This document shows, piece by piece, positions 50,375 to 64,000 of a stretch of 64,000 nt of DNA. Origin of the DNA: Macrostomum lignano (Eukaryota); assembly GCA_002269645.1 (NCBI GenBank), contig NIVC01001859.1:120444-184443 (forward strand), written 5' to 3'. Position numbers and translations under genes: made by a program. The first letter of the stretch is position 1. The number at the start of each line of letters is the position of its first letter. The notes under the pieces were generated by a model, which had not been told where the DNA came from, made no database searches, and saw only the letters and a list, made by a program, of their open reading frames with translations.

Positions 50375-52466
50375 ATGCAAGATTACGAGAACGATCTGGA
50401 CATAGACGACTTCGAGGAGGATGGCGAGGACGACGAAGAGCTGGAGGACAATCTCGAGCTGGCCGTTGTGCCCGCCGGCGCCCAGCTGACCGGAGATCGA
50501 ATCGAGGACGCCAAGCGGACCCATCATAATCGGTTGGAGAAGCGGCGAAGGCAGAGCCTTCGGGCCTCTTATCAGCGGCTGCTGCACGCGCTGCCAGCCT
50601 CGCCGTCTGGCAGCAACGGAGCTGGCGGCGGCAGCGGAGGCGGAGGCGGCGGCAGCAGCGGCGGCAGCGGAGCGGCCAGCAGCAACGGTTGCGGCGGAGT
50701 TCAAACCGGACCAGGCCTCAGTCGGGACAAGGCTTCTAGGGCTCAGATACTGCAGAGAGCGGTGGGTGACTGGGGACTGCGGAACAGTGTCACCGAGGCT
50801 GCATGTTAGTTAGTGGTTAGTTTGCCTAGCAACCATTTGGCGTCATTAGCAACAAATTGTATCTTTCTCAGCAATTAGTGGGGAAGCTTTAGTAACCATT
50901 TGGCGTCCCTAGCAACCACGTACTACCCTAGCAACCGTTTGGCGTCCCTAGCAACCATTGGCGTCCCTAGCAACCATTAGGCTCCTAGCAACCAGTTAGC
51001 TACCCTATCAACCACTTTATAGCTATCCTAGCAACCAATTAGCCACTCTAACAATCACTTTATAGCTACCCTAGCAACCACTTAGCTTTTCTAACAACCA
51101 TTTGGCGTCCATGGCGACCAGGTAGCTACCGTAACAACAGCCATTTGGCGTTCCTAGCAACCACTTAGCTACCCCAGCAACCACTTAGCTACCCCAGCAA
51201 CCACTTAGCTACCCTAGCAACCACTTAGCTACCCTAGCAACCATTTGGCGTCCCCAGCAATCACTTAGCTACCCCAGCAACCACTTAGCTACACTAACAA
51301 CCATTTGGCGTCCCTAGCAAACACTTAGCTACCCTAGCAACTAAAAAGGGCTACTTGGTGTCCTTAGAAAGCTTCGCTTCCTTTCAGCGTCCCTAACAAC
51401 TTCTTTGGGACCCTGGCAACCACTTTTAGATTTATAAGATTTTGTATGTTTTGGGTTCAGACAAAAACTATACATTTCTATTTTTTGTACCTGTTTTAGT
51501 TGAAAACTAAAACGCGTATATGTTGCTTGATTCGCAGGTTGACTACATCAAGGAGCTGCAAAGCATCACCCGCAACCAGAGCGACGATCTGGCTAGAATT
51601 GATCGCGAGAACGAGGTGCTTAGTAATGAAATAGAAGGTACGCAAAATTGATTGATTAAATATTCTAGTTATTAGTATCTATTTTATGCACCATTAATAG
51701 CTATATACTCGTACTCCTAGGCAATCATTTGATTGTGCATGGCAACCAAGTTGACGTTTCTGACAACCATTTTAACGTTCTTGGCAACCAGTCTTAGTAA
51801 CCCTAACAATAATTTTTAGTGACATTGGCAACGATTTAGTACCCCTGACATCCAAAACCATTTTTGCGACCCCAGTAACCATTTCTAGCGTCCCTAAAAA
51901 CCATTTTTGTAACCCTAGTAACTATTTCTAGCGTCCTTGACAACCACATTGTGACCCTAGTAACCATTTATAGTGTCCTTGACAACCACATTGTGACCCT
52001 AGTAACCATTTATAGCGTCCTTGACAACCATTCTCTGACATTAGTAACTATTTCTAGCGTCCTTGACAACCATTTTGTGACCCTAGTAACTATTTCTAGC
52101 GTCCTTGACAACCATTTTGTGACCCTAGTAACTATTTCTAGCGTCCTTGACAACCATTTTTGTGGCCCTAGTAACCATTTCTAGCGTCCTTGACAACCAT
52201 TTTTTGTGACCCTAGCAACGATTCTTTAGCGCCCTTTGCAACTATTGTTTTCTATAGTTTTTATTGTTTTCAAATAAACGTTCGCAGACTTGGAGCAGGC
52301 GGTTGCCTCGGCCAATCAGCTGGTGAACCAGGACGACTTGCCGCCAAGTCCTCCAACCAGCCCGGAGACTGATCAGGATGCGGAGCCCGACTATCAGGGT
52401 GGCCGTCAGCAGCAGCAGCAGGTTCAGCACCCGGTGCCAATGAAACGCATGAAATATTCGGGCTAA
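50375..52466 (+). CDS. Max: Max (Myc-associated factor X) bHLH-ZIP, 221 aa
   Basis: Exons 50375-50761, 51538-51637, 52288-52466; 666 nt in frame. Acidic N-terminus, KRTHHNRLEKRRR basic region, diagnostic KASRAQIL, zipper YIKELQ..IDRENEVLSNEIEDLE. Confidence 0.9.
50825..51345. repeat. ~20-bp CCCTAGCAAC-based repeat in Max intron 1
   Basis: Units CCCTAGCAACCACTTAGCTA / CCCTAGCAACCATTTGGCGT. Confidence 0.88.
51870..52215. repeat. Related CCCTAGTAAC/TTGACAAC repeat in Max intron 2
   Basis: Unit about 42 bp: CCCTAGTAACTATTTCTAGCGTCCTTGACAACCATTTTGTGA. Confidence 0.88.
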
Positions 52467-52774
52467 TTGAATCCCTGATACGTTTGCAATTGAGACGCAA
52501 TTGAGATTAATAATAAAATGGCAATTGCTAATTGCTTAATAATATTCTAAACTTTTTGAAGCTGAGATATTATAATTTGTTGTTCTTTTGTTTTTCTTGT
52601 AGACTTTCCATTTTTAATCTGTGCTTATTTCATTATTATGTCAATTGTTTATTGACAACATATTCAGTAATAGGCGTGTTTTTGACTGTTAACCATCACC
52701 ATATATAATAATGCTACACTGTCTTCTCAGAGTTTAGCTACAGGGTAATTTATGAAGCCTGTTGTACATTGCAG

Positions 52775-53010
52775 CCAGGTCTTGTACATTACAGACAAGT
52801 CTTGTACATTACAGACAGGTCTTGTACATTACAGACAAGTCTTGTACATTACAGACAAGTCTTGTACATTACACAGCCAGGTCTTGTACATTACAGACAG
52901 GTCTTGTACATTACACAGCCAGGTATTGTACGTTACAGACAGGTCTTGTACATTACACAGCCAGGTCTTGTATATCTTGTATTACAGACAAGTCTTGTAC
53001 ATTACAGACG
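52775..53010. repeat. 20/24-bp minisatellite
   Basis: Unit AGGTCTTGTACATTACAGAC. Confidence 0.9.
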
Positions 53011-53769
53011 GGGTGTAATATTACAAACAAATCCTGCATATTACAGAAACGAATTATCCAAAAAATAATTGCATGTCTTATCTAGAGAATTTTAAGTACA
53101 TTTAAAGGGCCTCTTACATTACAGATGGTTTCTGTAAGTTACAATTTGGGTCAAATTACAAAGACAGTTAAAACAAGTTTTAATAATTAAGTACTTATTA
53201 CTCAAGCGCATATCAACATGCTATTGTTAAATCAATAAACATTAATCCCAAATCCCAGATCCCAAAAAGTCAATGTTAATTTTTGTAAATAGATTGTGAA
53301 CTAAAATGAATTTTAAACAACACTTTATATTCATTAATCTGTTAGTGTTGGTTAGTAAGCTTACTAATGCACCGCTTATTCCTAAATCATTAGCTAAATA
53401 TTGTAATGTCTCGGAATGTTAATTTATTTATATCTTCTGCTTATAATAATCTGTCTATCTTCTATCTAGTCACTTAGCATCGCTCCTGCACATCTCTGTA
53501 GCTATATTCGATAAGTACAAGTTGCACTAATAATCAATTGCAGCCGCAGTATTTAAGTGACCTATTTATGCTACCCTGCAACACTATTCTCTCCTAGATT
53601 CTCAGACCGCTTACTTGCTTATGCATGGACCATGGCGTGTTGTGTTTTCTGTTATTATTTGGCATCCAATAAAACTCAGGATTACTCTGTCCTTAGTTAA
53701 TGCTTTTGATTGTTGGTCATTTTATTATTTGTTATGATACAGTCAGACTTACTTAGAGTTCGATTCGTA

Positions 53770-54186
53770 GGCTCCAGACAGTCTTAGTGCTTCTGATTGA
53801 GTGACAGACATTGTGAGTGCTTCTGATTGAGTGACAGACAGTCTGAGTGCTTCTGATTGAGTGACAGACAGTCTGAGTGCTTCTGATTGAGTGACAGACA
53901 GTCTGAGTGCTTCTGATTGAGTGACAGACAGTCTGAGTGCTTCTGATTGAGTGACAGACAGTCTGAGTGCTTCTGATTGAGTGACAGACAGTCTTAGTGC
54001 TTCTGATTGAGTGACAGACAGTCTGAGTGCTTCTTGTTGAGTGGCAGACATTCTTAGTGCTTCTTGTTGAGTGAGTAACAGACAGTCGAGTGCTTCTGAT
54101 TGAGTGACAGACATTGTGAGTGCTTCTGATTGAGTGACAGACAGTCTGAGTGCTTTTGATTGAGGGACAGACAGTCTGAGTGCTTC
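53770..54186. repeat. 30-bp minisatellite
   Basis: Unit TTCTGATTGAGTGACAGACAGTCTGAGTGC. Confidence 0.95.
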
Positions 54187-54252
54187 TCACATTGAGCTCT
54201 CCAATTTCGGTCAATTCTTGCATGCTCTGCCGCCTTCTCCCCTGTCGCACGC

Positions 54253-56016
<1,764 letters not shown>

Positions 56017-56147
56017 TATAAACTTTTTAGTTGCATTATTATATCCTTAGTGTATTTCAGCCCAGTTTTAAGTAGTTCGTTAAATTAAAAAGTTTTTGAA
56101 CAGTTTGTTATCTTGAGATAACAAAATGCCTATCTTAGTCTTTATTA

Positions 56148-56471
56148 TGACGTCATCAATCAATTGTTGATTTTAGTGACGTCATCAATAAACTTTGTAT
56201 TTTAGTGTTGGCGTTCTATAGGATTCCGTGATGCCATTCTATAGGATTCTATGACGCCTTTCTATAGGATTCTATGACGCCATTCTATAGGATTGTGTGA
56301 CGTCATTTTATGTGATTCTATGAAGTCATTCTATTGGATTTTGTGACGTTATTCTTTAGGATTCTGTGACGTCATTCTATAGAATTTTGTGGCGTCATTG
56401 TTCCGACCCAATATGGTAATGATGACGCCATCCTACTCAATGTCATCCTAGTTGGTTCATCAATGACGTCA
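56148..56471. promoter_or_regulatory. Cluster of five perfect TGACGTCA (CRE-type) palindromes within a ~21-bp degenerate repeat
   Basis: TGACGTCA at 56148, 56177, 56298, 56367, 56464, plus one-mismatch variants. Function not demonstrated. Confidence 0.4.
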
Positions 56472-56914
56472 CCCTCCAGACCAGTTCAAATTATGACGTT
56501 ATTGTTCTACAGAATCACAAGAAATTAGTTTGGAAAGTTGATTACTGCCGAATATTCTGAAAGTGTTGAACATCTCTACACCAGACCGTTGAAAAACTTT
56601 TTTGTGCTTTTTCAATTGCCTAGAACCTAATTGTTGCTAGTTAACTCGTAATCAGTTTTCTTCTTTTGCCGCTAGCTTCTTTTGAATTAAGGCCCTGTAA
56701 TGCAGATTTCGGTGTGTAAAGAATAAATTTGATTATATACCTGCGAGTCTGCGCGATTTGAAAGCATTTTGTTTTATAGGCGCAAGCTTCGATTTCTGAC
56801 ACTAAAATTTTGCTTTTTTATGCTCTCAGAGCTGCCCCATCCTTATCTCTTTTGTACTTAAAGGGTGATTATTGAGATCACGAGATGCTGACTAAAGCAG
56901 TCTGCCATTTATCT

Positions 56915-56987
56915 TTGATCTATCTTTCCATCCATCAATCCATCCATCCATCTATCTATCTATCTATCGAACTATCTATCTATCTAA

Positions 56988-57038
<51 letters not shown>

Positions 57039-57039
57039 A

Positions 57040-57076
<37 letters not shown>

Positions 57077-57097
57077 CATCAATCTATCTATCCATCA

Positions 57098-57136
<39 letters not shown>

Positions 57137-57141
57137 CATCA

Positions 57142-57195
<54 letters not shown>

Positions 57196-57294
57196 GTATC
57201 TATCTATCTATCTATCTATCTGTCTATCTATCTATCTATCTATCTGTCTGTCTATCTATCTGTCTGTCTATCTATCTATCTATCTATCTGTCTG

Positions 57295-57345
<51 letters not shown>

Positions 57346-57346
57346 G

Positions 57347-57407
<61 letters not shown>

Positions 57408-57408
57408 A
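56915..57408. repeat. (ATCT)n microsatellite
   Basis: Direct reading. Confidence 0.95.
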
Positions 57409-58029
57409 CTAGTATTACTCATCAAGGAGAGTTGCTGCGGCCCTTATCGCCCTCCCTCATCTCTCTCCCTCCTCTCCGACCTCATCTATCTGTCTCTCAA
57501 CTGTTCCTCTCCTTTCTCTTCCCTTTCAATTAGAATTTCGTCATTTCAATTTTGCAGTGCTTTTATCCTCACCCCCCGTACGCAGTCCTTTAATTACCAG
57601 GTATGTCATATCTACCTTGGCTGTAAATTTTTGTAGCAGCAGTTACATACACGCCTGGCAAGGTTTTGAATTAAAAAATTAGCTATCTCTATTGTTTATA
57701 TCCCGTGCGGCAAGCTGCATGGTAAGAGATAGTTCACTATCCTCTCCCCCATTGGCCAATAAGCTGCTCGCAATAATGCTTGAAATGTCTGCATAAAAAA
57801 TTTGGCAAAGCACTGAGCTGGGTCAGGCTTTTGTTTGCAAGGCTCCTGGTCACAAATTAATATAACACTAAATCGCTCAAGATATCCACGACAAATCTTG
57901 CTTGGTAAGTTAGCAACCTTGTAGTCAGGACAATATTTACCGGAAAATACCAAAAAACTGCATGCAGTTTCCTGGGAATTTACATTTCTGACCATAGACA
58001 GCAACAGTTTGCTGGATGACCAGTGGCAT

Positions 58030-58460
58030 CTCTCTAATCTCCTCTCTCCTCTCCTCTTGTCTCCTCTCCCTTCACTCCTCTCTGGCTCTCTCTCCTCTTC
58101 TCTTTCCTCTCCCTTCAGTCCTCTCTCCTCTTCTCTCTTCTCTCCCTTCACTCCTTTCTCTTCTTTCTCCTCTTCTCTCCTCTCCCTTAACTCCTCCTCT
58201 CCATTCACTCTACTCTCCTTTCTCCTCTCCTCTCCTCTCTTTTCACTCCTGTCTCCTCTCTTCTCCTCTCCCTTCACTCATCTCATCTCTTCTCTCCTCT
58301 CCCTTCACTCATCTCTCCTCTCTCTCCTCTCCTCTCTTTTCACTCCTGTCTCCTCTCTTCTCCTCTCCCTTCACTCATCTCATCTCTTCTCTCCTCTCCC
58401 TTCACTCATTTCATCTCTCCTCTCCTCTCCCTTCTCTCATCTCTCCTCTCTCTCCTCCCC
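58030..58460. repeat. CT-rich low-complexity tract
   Basis: Direct reading. Confidence 0.9.
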
Positions 58461-59884
58461 TCTTCCGGCCAACATCACAGCCTGGCTGCAGCGCGATAAC
58501 CCCGGGGTTCAGACCATAGACTGCAGCTTCTGCTGCTCTCAAGCATTAGCAGCAGCAGCAGCAGCTAGTGTCTGCGGCCCAACCCCCCTCCCCCCTTGGG
58601 GTTTTTGGGGCCTCGGAGACGGCCGCTAAATACATTAAGCGAATTCTGGAGCAACACATCTGGGTAATATAGAAACTGTGACTAAAACTTGCTTATTGCA
58701 TTTCCTACGAAACTTGCTCGTAAAATTTCCTAGTAAAAGTGCATAATTATACATGCATATGGTTACGTATATAGTTAGCTAAGTTCTGTGTTTTTTATAA
58801 TATAGGCAGAATAATAGTAGTGTGTTTACAATTTCAACATCTGCACTGCACCTGCAGTGTATGCCTAAGTTTATACCTGGAATGTATATAATAATACTCT
58901 ATATCGTGTGTGTGTCCATACTTCTATTTGAACAGTGCTTTTGATAGGCCACTCAACAATATCTAAAATCAATACGGATACGGGAGAGAGGCTCCTTCAT
59001 AAATGGTTGTCAGGGTGCTTTGGATACGAAATCGCGTGGGTCTCCAGCTATAAGCAGTTTGTGAAGTTTGAATTTTCACCCACCACTTTTCTTCTCAAGC
59101 CCACACACTTCCTCATTTTTATTAGAGACACAATTCTCTGGCCCTTGTGACTTTTCTTCCCTTGTGCATGTTTCGCCATCAAAATTAACCTAAAATTAAT
59201 AAAAATCCTGCCAGTTTAATTAATTAAAGTTATTAAGCCTCATCAACGGGACTTGATCCCAGATTATCGACTTGTGTGTTTGAACTTGCTCCGTGACTGT
59301 CAGGGCAGGTCACGGGAGTGGGGGCAGATTTAATTAGTCTAATTGTAGCCCCAGTGTGGAGAGATATAAATCATGCACGTTCTATTTTTAGAACTGGACA
59401 TTGTCAGGCACAGAATTGGCAAGAAGCGGCCTTGATCAGTATACGTATGTTGTAAAATCGTTCTGACTGCAAAACTGAAAATCAGGTAACAAAATGACGG
59501 AATTGTGATTAAGATTGAATTTTTTTGGTAAATAATCCTTACTAATACGCAAATGTTAACTGCATAGTTAGGATAACTGCCTTTTATAGTTGGGCGGGAC
59601 AAAGCCGAGAATTCTAACTGTACATGACTAAATTCCTACATGTACATTATTGTAATTTTGAGAAACGGTGTTGTTTGCACTCAACTTGGCGCTCTGAAGC
59701 ATAACTATTGATTTCCATAATAGGTCACTAGGTGGAGTGGGGGACAAACCATTGGCATGGCAACCATAGCGTTTAGGGGGGCATGCCCCCCCCCACCCCT
59801 GGTGGCGACACCCCTGATTGGCGCGCTCGTATGTATGCTCGTATGACTCGTATGCTTTGGAGTCAGCGGAATGGAGGAATTCCC

Positions 59885-60470
59885 TTTTCACACCCTCTCC
59901 GATCCTTTCCCACCTCCCATCCCTCCTCACCCTCTCCTCTCATCCCTTCTCACCCTCTCCTCCGATCCCTTTTCACCCTCTCCCATCCTTTCTCACCCTC
60001 TCCTCCCATCCCTTCTCACCCTCTCCTCCCATCCCTTCTCACCCTCTCCTCCCATCCCTTCTCACCCTCTCCTCCCATCCCTTCTCACCCTCTCCTCCAA
60101 TCCCTTTTCACCCTCTCCAATCCTTTCTCACCCTCTCCTCTTATCCCTTCTCACCCTCTCCTCCTATCCCTTCCCACCCTTTCCTCCCATCCCTTCTCAC
60201 CCTCTCCTCCCATCCCTTCTCACCCTCAATTCCCATCCCTTTTCACCCTCTCCCATCCTTTCTCACCCTCTCCTCTTATCCCTTCTCACCCTTTCCTCCC
60301 ATCTCTTCTCACCCTCCTCCCATCTCTTCTCACCCTCCTCCCATCCCTTCTCACCCTCTCCTCCCATCCCTTCTCACCCTCTCCTCCCATCCCTTCTCAC
60401 CCTCTCCTCCCATCCCTTCTCAGCCTCTCCTCCCATCCCTTCTGAGTCTTTTCTCCCATCCATTTTCACT
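59885..60470. repeat. 23-bp pyrimidine-rich minisatellite
   Basis: Unit CCATCCCTTCTCACCCTCTCCTC. Confidence 0.92.
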
Positions 60471-61049
60471 CTCCGAACCGGCTGTGTTTTATAGCAGGCA
60501 TCATCAGATAGGTAAAGGGGAAAACGGATGCTTGACTGACTGGTCCGTTTGTGACTGAGAAAATAAGCACAAACCAGAAAACATCTTAGATATTAGCATG
60601 TCTACCATTCTCCTCTTCCCCCTTTGTGCATTGAATTGGAAAGCAGCTATCTAACTGTATCTGTGCACAAATATTTATTGGCACCCTGTTTATTACTGCC
60701 ACCCTTTACAGCGCATATCTGCATCCCAGAAAAATGACATAAAAATATAGAAATTGTCTTTGTCATATCTATACATGTATTTCTCTCAATGCGCGTACAA
60801 ATGCATTTTGTGTGTCTTTACGCATTGCTAATTCTGTTTGATTTGCAGCCTGCTCATCTGCGCAATGTGCTCTAACCATTGTCGTGTTGAGGGCAATTAT
60901 TGCATTTTCAGTTGGAGCTTGTCTCCATGTCAGAGATGCAGTGTTGGCTGCCTGTCCAATGCGATGCTGTCTGTGTTGCTGAGTTAGCTTAATCCATCCC
61001 GTTGGGGGGGCAGTGGAGATACAGGGTAAAGGTTAGAGAAAGGATAGAG

Positions 61050-62880
61050 AGGTACATAGAAGAGGGGAGGGGAGAGAGAGAGTAGGGAGAATTAGAGGGG
61101 CAGATATAGAGTAGGGAAAAGTAGAGAGGCAGATAGAGTAAAGAGAAGTAGAGAGATAGAGCAGAGTAGGGAGAACTAGAGAGGTAGATAGAGAGTAGGG
61201 AGAAGTTAGAGAGGTAGATAGAGAGTAGGGAAAAGTAGAGAGATAGAGCAGAGTAGGGAGAGTTAGAGAGGTAGATAGAGAGTAGGAAGAAGTAGACAGG
61301 TAGATAGAGAGTAGGGCGAAGTAGACAGGTAGATAGAGAGTAGGGCGAAGTAGACAGGTAGATAGAGAGTAGGGAGAAGTAGACAGGTAGATAGAGAGTA
61401 GGGAGAAGTAGACAGGTAGATAGAGAGTAGGGAGAAGTAGACAGGTAGAGCAGAGTAGGGAGAGTTAGAGAGGTAGATAGAGAGTAGGAAGAAGTAGACA
61501 GGTAGATAGAGAGTAGGGAGAAGTAGACAGGTAGATACAGAGTAGGGAGAAGTAGACAGTAGATAGAGAGAAGGGAGAAGTAGAGAGGTAGAGCAGAGTA
61601 GGGAGAGTTAGAGAGGTAGATAGAGAGTAGGGCGAAGTAGACAGGTAGATAGAGAGTAGGGAGAAGTAGACAGGTAGATAGAGAGTAGGGAGAAGTAGAC
61701 AGTAGATAGAGAGTAGGGAGAAGTAGAGAGATAGAGCAGAGTAGGGAGAGTTAGAGAGGTAGATAGAGAGTAGGGCGAAGTAGACAGGTAGATAGAGAGT
61801 AGGGAGAAGTAGACAGGTAGATACAGAGTAAGGAGAAGTAGACAGTAGATAGAGAGTAGGGAGAAGTAGAGAGGTAGAGCAGAGTAGGGAGAGTTAGAGA
61901 GGTAGATAGAGAGTAGGAAGAAGTAGACAGGTAGATAGAGAGTAGGGCGAAGTAGACAGGTAGATAGAGAGTAGGGCGAAGTAGACAGGTAGATAGAGAG
62001 TAGGGAGAAGTAGACAGGTAGATAGAGAGTAGGGAGAAGTAGACAGGTAGATAGAGAGTAGGGAGAAGTAGACAGGTAGAGCAGAGTAGGGAGAAGTAGA
62101 CAGGTAGATAGAGAGTAGGGAGAAGTAGACAGGTAGATAGAGAGTAGGGAGAAGTAGACAGGTAGATAGAGAGTAGGGAGAACTAGACAGGTAGATAGAG
62201 AGTAGGGAGAAGTAGACAGGTAGATAGAGAGACCGGCAGACCCGGTCCAGAATGGGGAAGCGAACCCCTTAAGCGACGAAATATGTTATATTTGTAATTT
62301 AAAAAAGAAAAAAATTGCCAAAATTACGCTGACTCAGCGGCCGCGACGCGTGACTAAATAGCGTAGAGCAGAGGGGGAGACTGCCCTAAGCCCTGCACGC
62401 ACGCAGAGCACCAGCACCAGCACCCCACCAACCCACCAAAGCGAGGCCAGGCCGGCGCGTGGGGTTTTAAAACCAGTTAGAGTCAGAATACCTGCCCCAC
62501 ACTGACGTATTAAACCCCAAAAGACTAACGCAGAGTAAAAGCAAGTGGCACAAAAGACCTGCAGACGCGGTCCAGAAAGGGGAAGCGAACCCCAACACCA
62601 ACCAACACCAACAAAAAGAGGGAAGAAGGAGACAAGCGTGCCAAATCAAATCAACAAGCCGCAGAAATAAAAAAACGAAAAAGCCAGGTCACAGCACTAG
62701 CCCTAAGACTCGCACCTGAGCTCGGGATCTGCTTCAGCCGTCGCAACTCGCTCCGCTCGAGAACCGCGCCAGAGACCGAGGCTCAGAGCGAGCGACGCCT
62801 GTTCAAGCAACCGGCGAAGAGTAGGGAGAAGTAGAGAGGTAGATAGAGAGTAGGGAGAAGTAGAGGCAAGTAGAGAGAGA
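61050..62880. repeat. 29-bp purine-rich satellite, interrupted at 62232-62817
   Basis: Unit GAGTAGGGAGAAGTAGACAGGTAGATAGA; resumes at 62818. Confidence 0.95.
62232..62817 (-). mobile_element. 586-bp insertion in the 29-bp satellite, probably the 3' end of a non-LTR retrotransposon
   Basis: Sharp boundaries with AGAG on both sides. Minus strand begins with an ORF tail RRLLEQASLALSLGLWRGSR..CES* followed by a ~470-bp UTR-like segment. Confidence 0.5.
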
Positions 62881-63064
62881 TTATGTAAATGGATGCTCAA
62901 ATGAAGCACGCAGTGAATTTCCAGAGCGGTCTCAATGCTGGCTAACTGGCTGTCTACAATTGACTTTCTTTATCGCAACCGTTTCTGAAAAATAAATCTC
63001 TCCTATACACAACACCGTCCACCTACTAAACACCCCTACAGCATCTCCGCCTCATCAACTGATA

Positions 63065-63166
63065 ATGTACACCTCATCCGGCGCCGGTGGCGGGCGCCCG
63101 ATCGGCTCCAAGCGCAAAGGCCAAAGGGAGCTCAGCATTAGCGAGCTTCCGCCGGAAATTCTTGCG
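63065..63166 (+). CDS. Candidate first exon ending in an F-box-like start (LSISELPPEILA)
   Basis: ATG..GCG|GTGAGA donor; LxxLPxEIL motif. No continuation of the F-box found in the window. Confidence 0.35.
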
Positions 63167-63777
63167 GTGAGAACGAAAGAGAATAATCTGTTTATTATTT
63201 CAAAACTTTCATGCTCGATTTACACTACTGATTTTAATCAGTAGCTAGATACAGGTTTTTGATGATGTTTCGATAAATCTCTATTCTTTAAAAAAAGTTC
63301 ACTAATCCATGCTCGATTTACACTACTCAATCTGACTAATAAGTAGGACATGGTGAGTTTTCTGTAATTTAATACCAGTTTCTTTCAATTTTTCATTGAA
63401 CAACAACATTTTCATTTAATTCTCTTTAAAAAATAATGTAGTTCTGAAACTTTTCTTGATTTCTAGGACGAATACCCTTGACCTTGACGTCTTTGAATCA
63501 TGAAAACCATCGATCATTTTAAACCGGAGGCTCCTTATCTTATTCCCTGTTAACTTCAGTGGCTTAAGCAGTTGTGGGGAAGGTTGAGCAGACACTGGCC
63601 AATGCGAGCGGATCTTTGAGCAGACTAATCCCTTACAGACCCAATCGAACAACCGGACCCAAATTTTTGTCCGGCGCAAACCCAAATCCTCCTCTCCAAG
63701 ATTAAAAAAAGATCTGCTGCTACATCTTTTGCCACGACTTGTAGCAGAAGAAAACAGGGCTGTGTTAAAAACAGGGG

Positions 63778-64000
63778 ATGTCGACTTTATCAGCCCCGGA
63801 CCCGCTGTTTAAAGACTACGCTAATGATGAGGATCGGAAGCTGGACAAACGGCGCAGTTCGCAAATGCAGAAGCGGCTGCTCGAAGTTGGCGGGACCGTC
63901 GGAGGCTCTGCTGATGCCGCAGCCGCCCCCACAGCGGACCCGGCGGCTGCTCAGCTGCTCACGCAACAGAGACGGATGCTGGAGGAGCAGCACCTGCAGA
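63778..64000 (+). CDS. Open reading frame/exon running off the right edge (MSTLSAPDPLFKDYANDED..)
   Basis: 74 stop-free GC-rich codons; preceded by CAG|GGG possible acceptor. Product unknown. Confidence 0.5.
   Translation, partial: MSTLSAPDPLFKDYANDEDRKLDKRRSSQMQKRLLEVGGTVGGSADAAAAPTADPAAAQLLTQQRRMLEEQHLQ

Noticed and set aside
59760-59817. Transposon-like terminus (minus strand CAGGGGTGTCGCCA..GGGGCATGCCCCCC)
   Set aside because: No matching second terminus or TSD in the window; cannot be delimited.

Overview
Intron-containing animal genomic DNA, not prokaryotic; there are no CRISPR arrays and no intact rRNA or tRNA genes. GC-rich exons are separated by introns and spacers packed with micro- and minisatellites. 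This style resembles a Macrostomum-type free-living flatworm, which is inference only. By manual splicing I reconstruct about 10 genes: an LRR single-pass membrane protein (-, runs off the left edge), Disabled/Dab (+), a class A peptide-type GPCR (-), CATIP (-, with an apparent 1-nt frameshift), SPAG8 (+, head-to-head with CATIP), two uncharacterised multi-exon genes (-), a single-ORF Tudor protein (+), Max (+) and CMC1 (+). A possible F-box/unknown gene starts at the right edge. Mobile elements include two tRNA-derived SINE families, a 5'-truncated LINE with a 16-bp TSD, a decayed mariner with nested insertions, a Helentron/DINE-like element and a 586-bp insert inside a satellite. Most long ORFs in the supplied track are artefacts of tandem repeats. 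The most notable unexplained signals are: a ~2-kb almost CpG-free, TAGGCCTA-rich domain; a foldback palindrome whose arm has been amplified into a satellite; a SINE-like family abutting tandem arrays; a candidate antisense micro-gene nested in a CATIP intron; repeat-filled introns, with sister introns sharing repeat families; and a Max with a 44-residue Gly/Ser loop whose introns are built of X-box-like units. Family assignments come from recalled motifs, not database searches.
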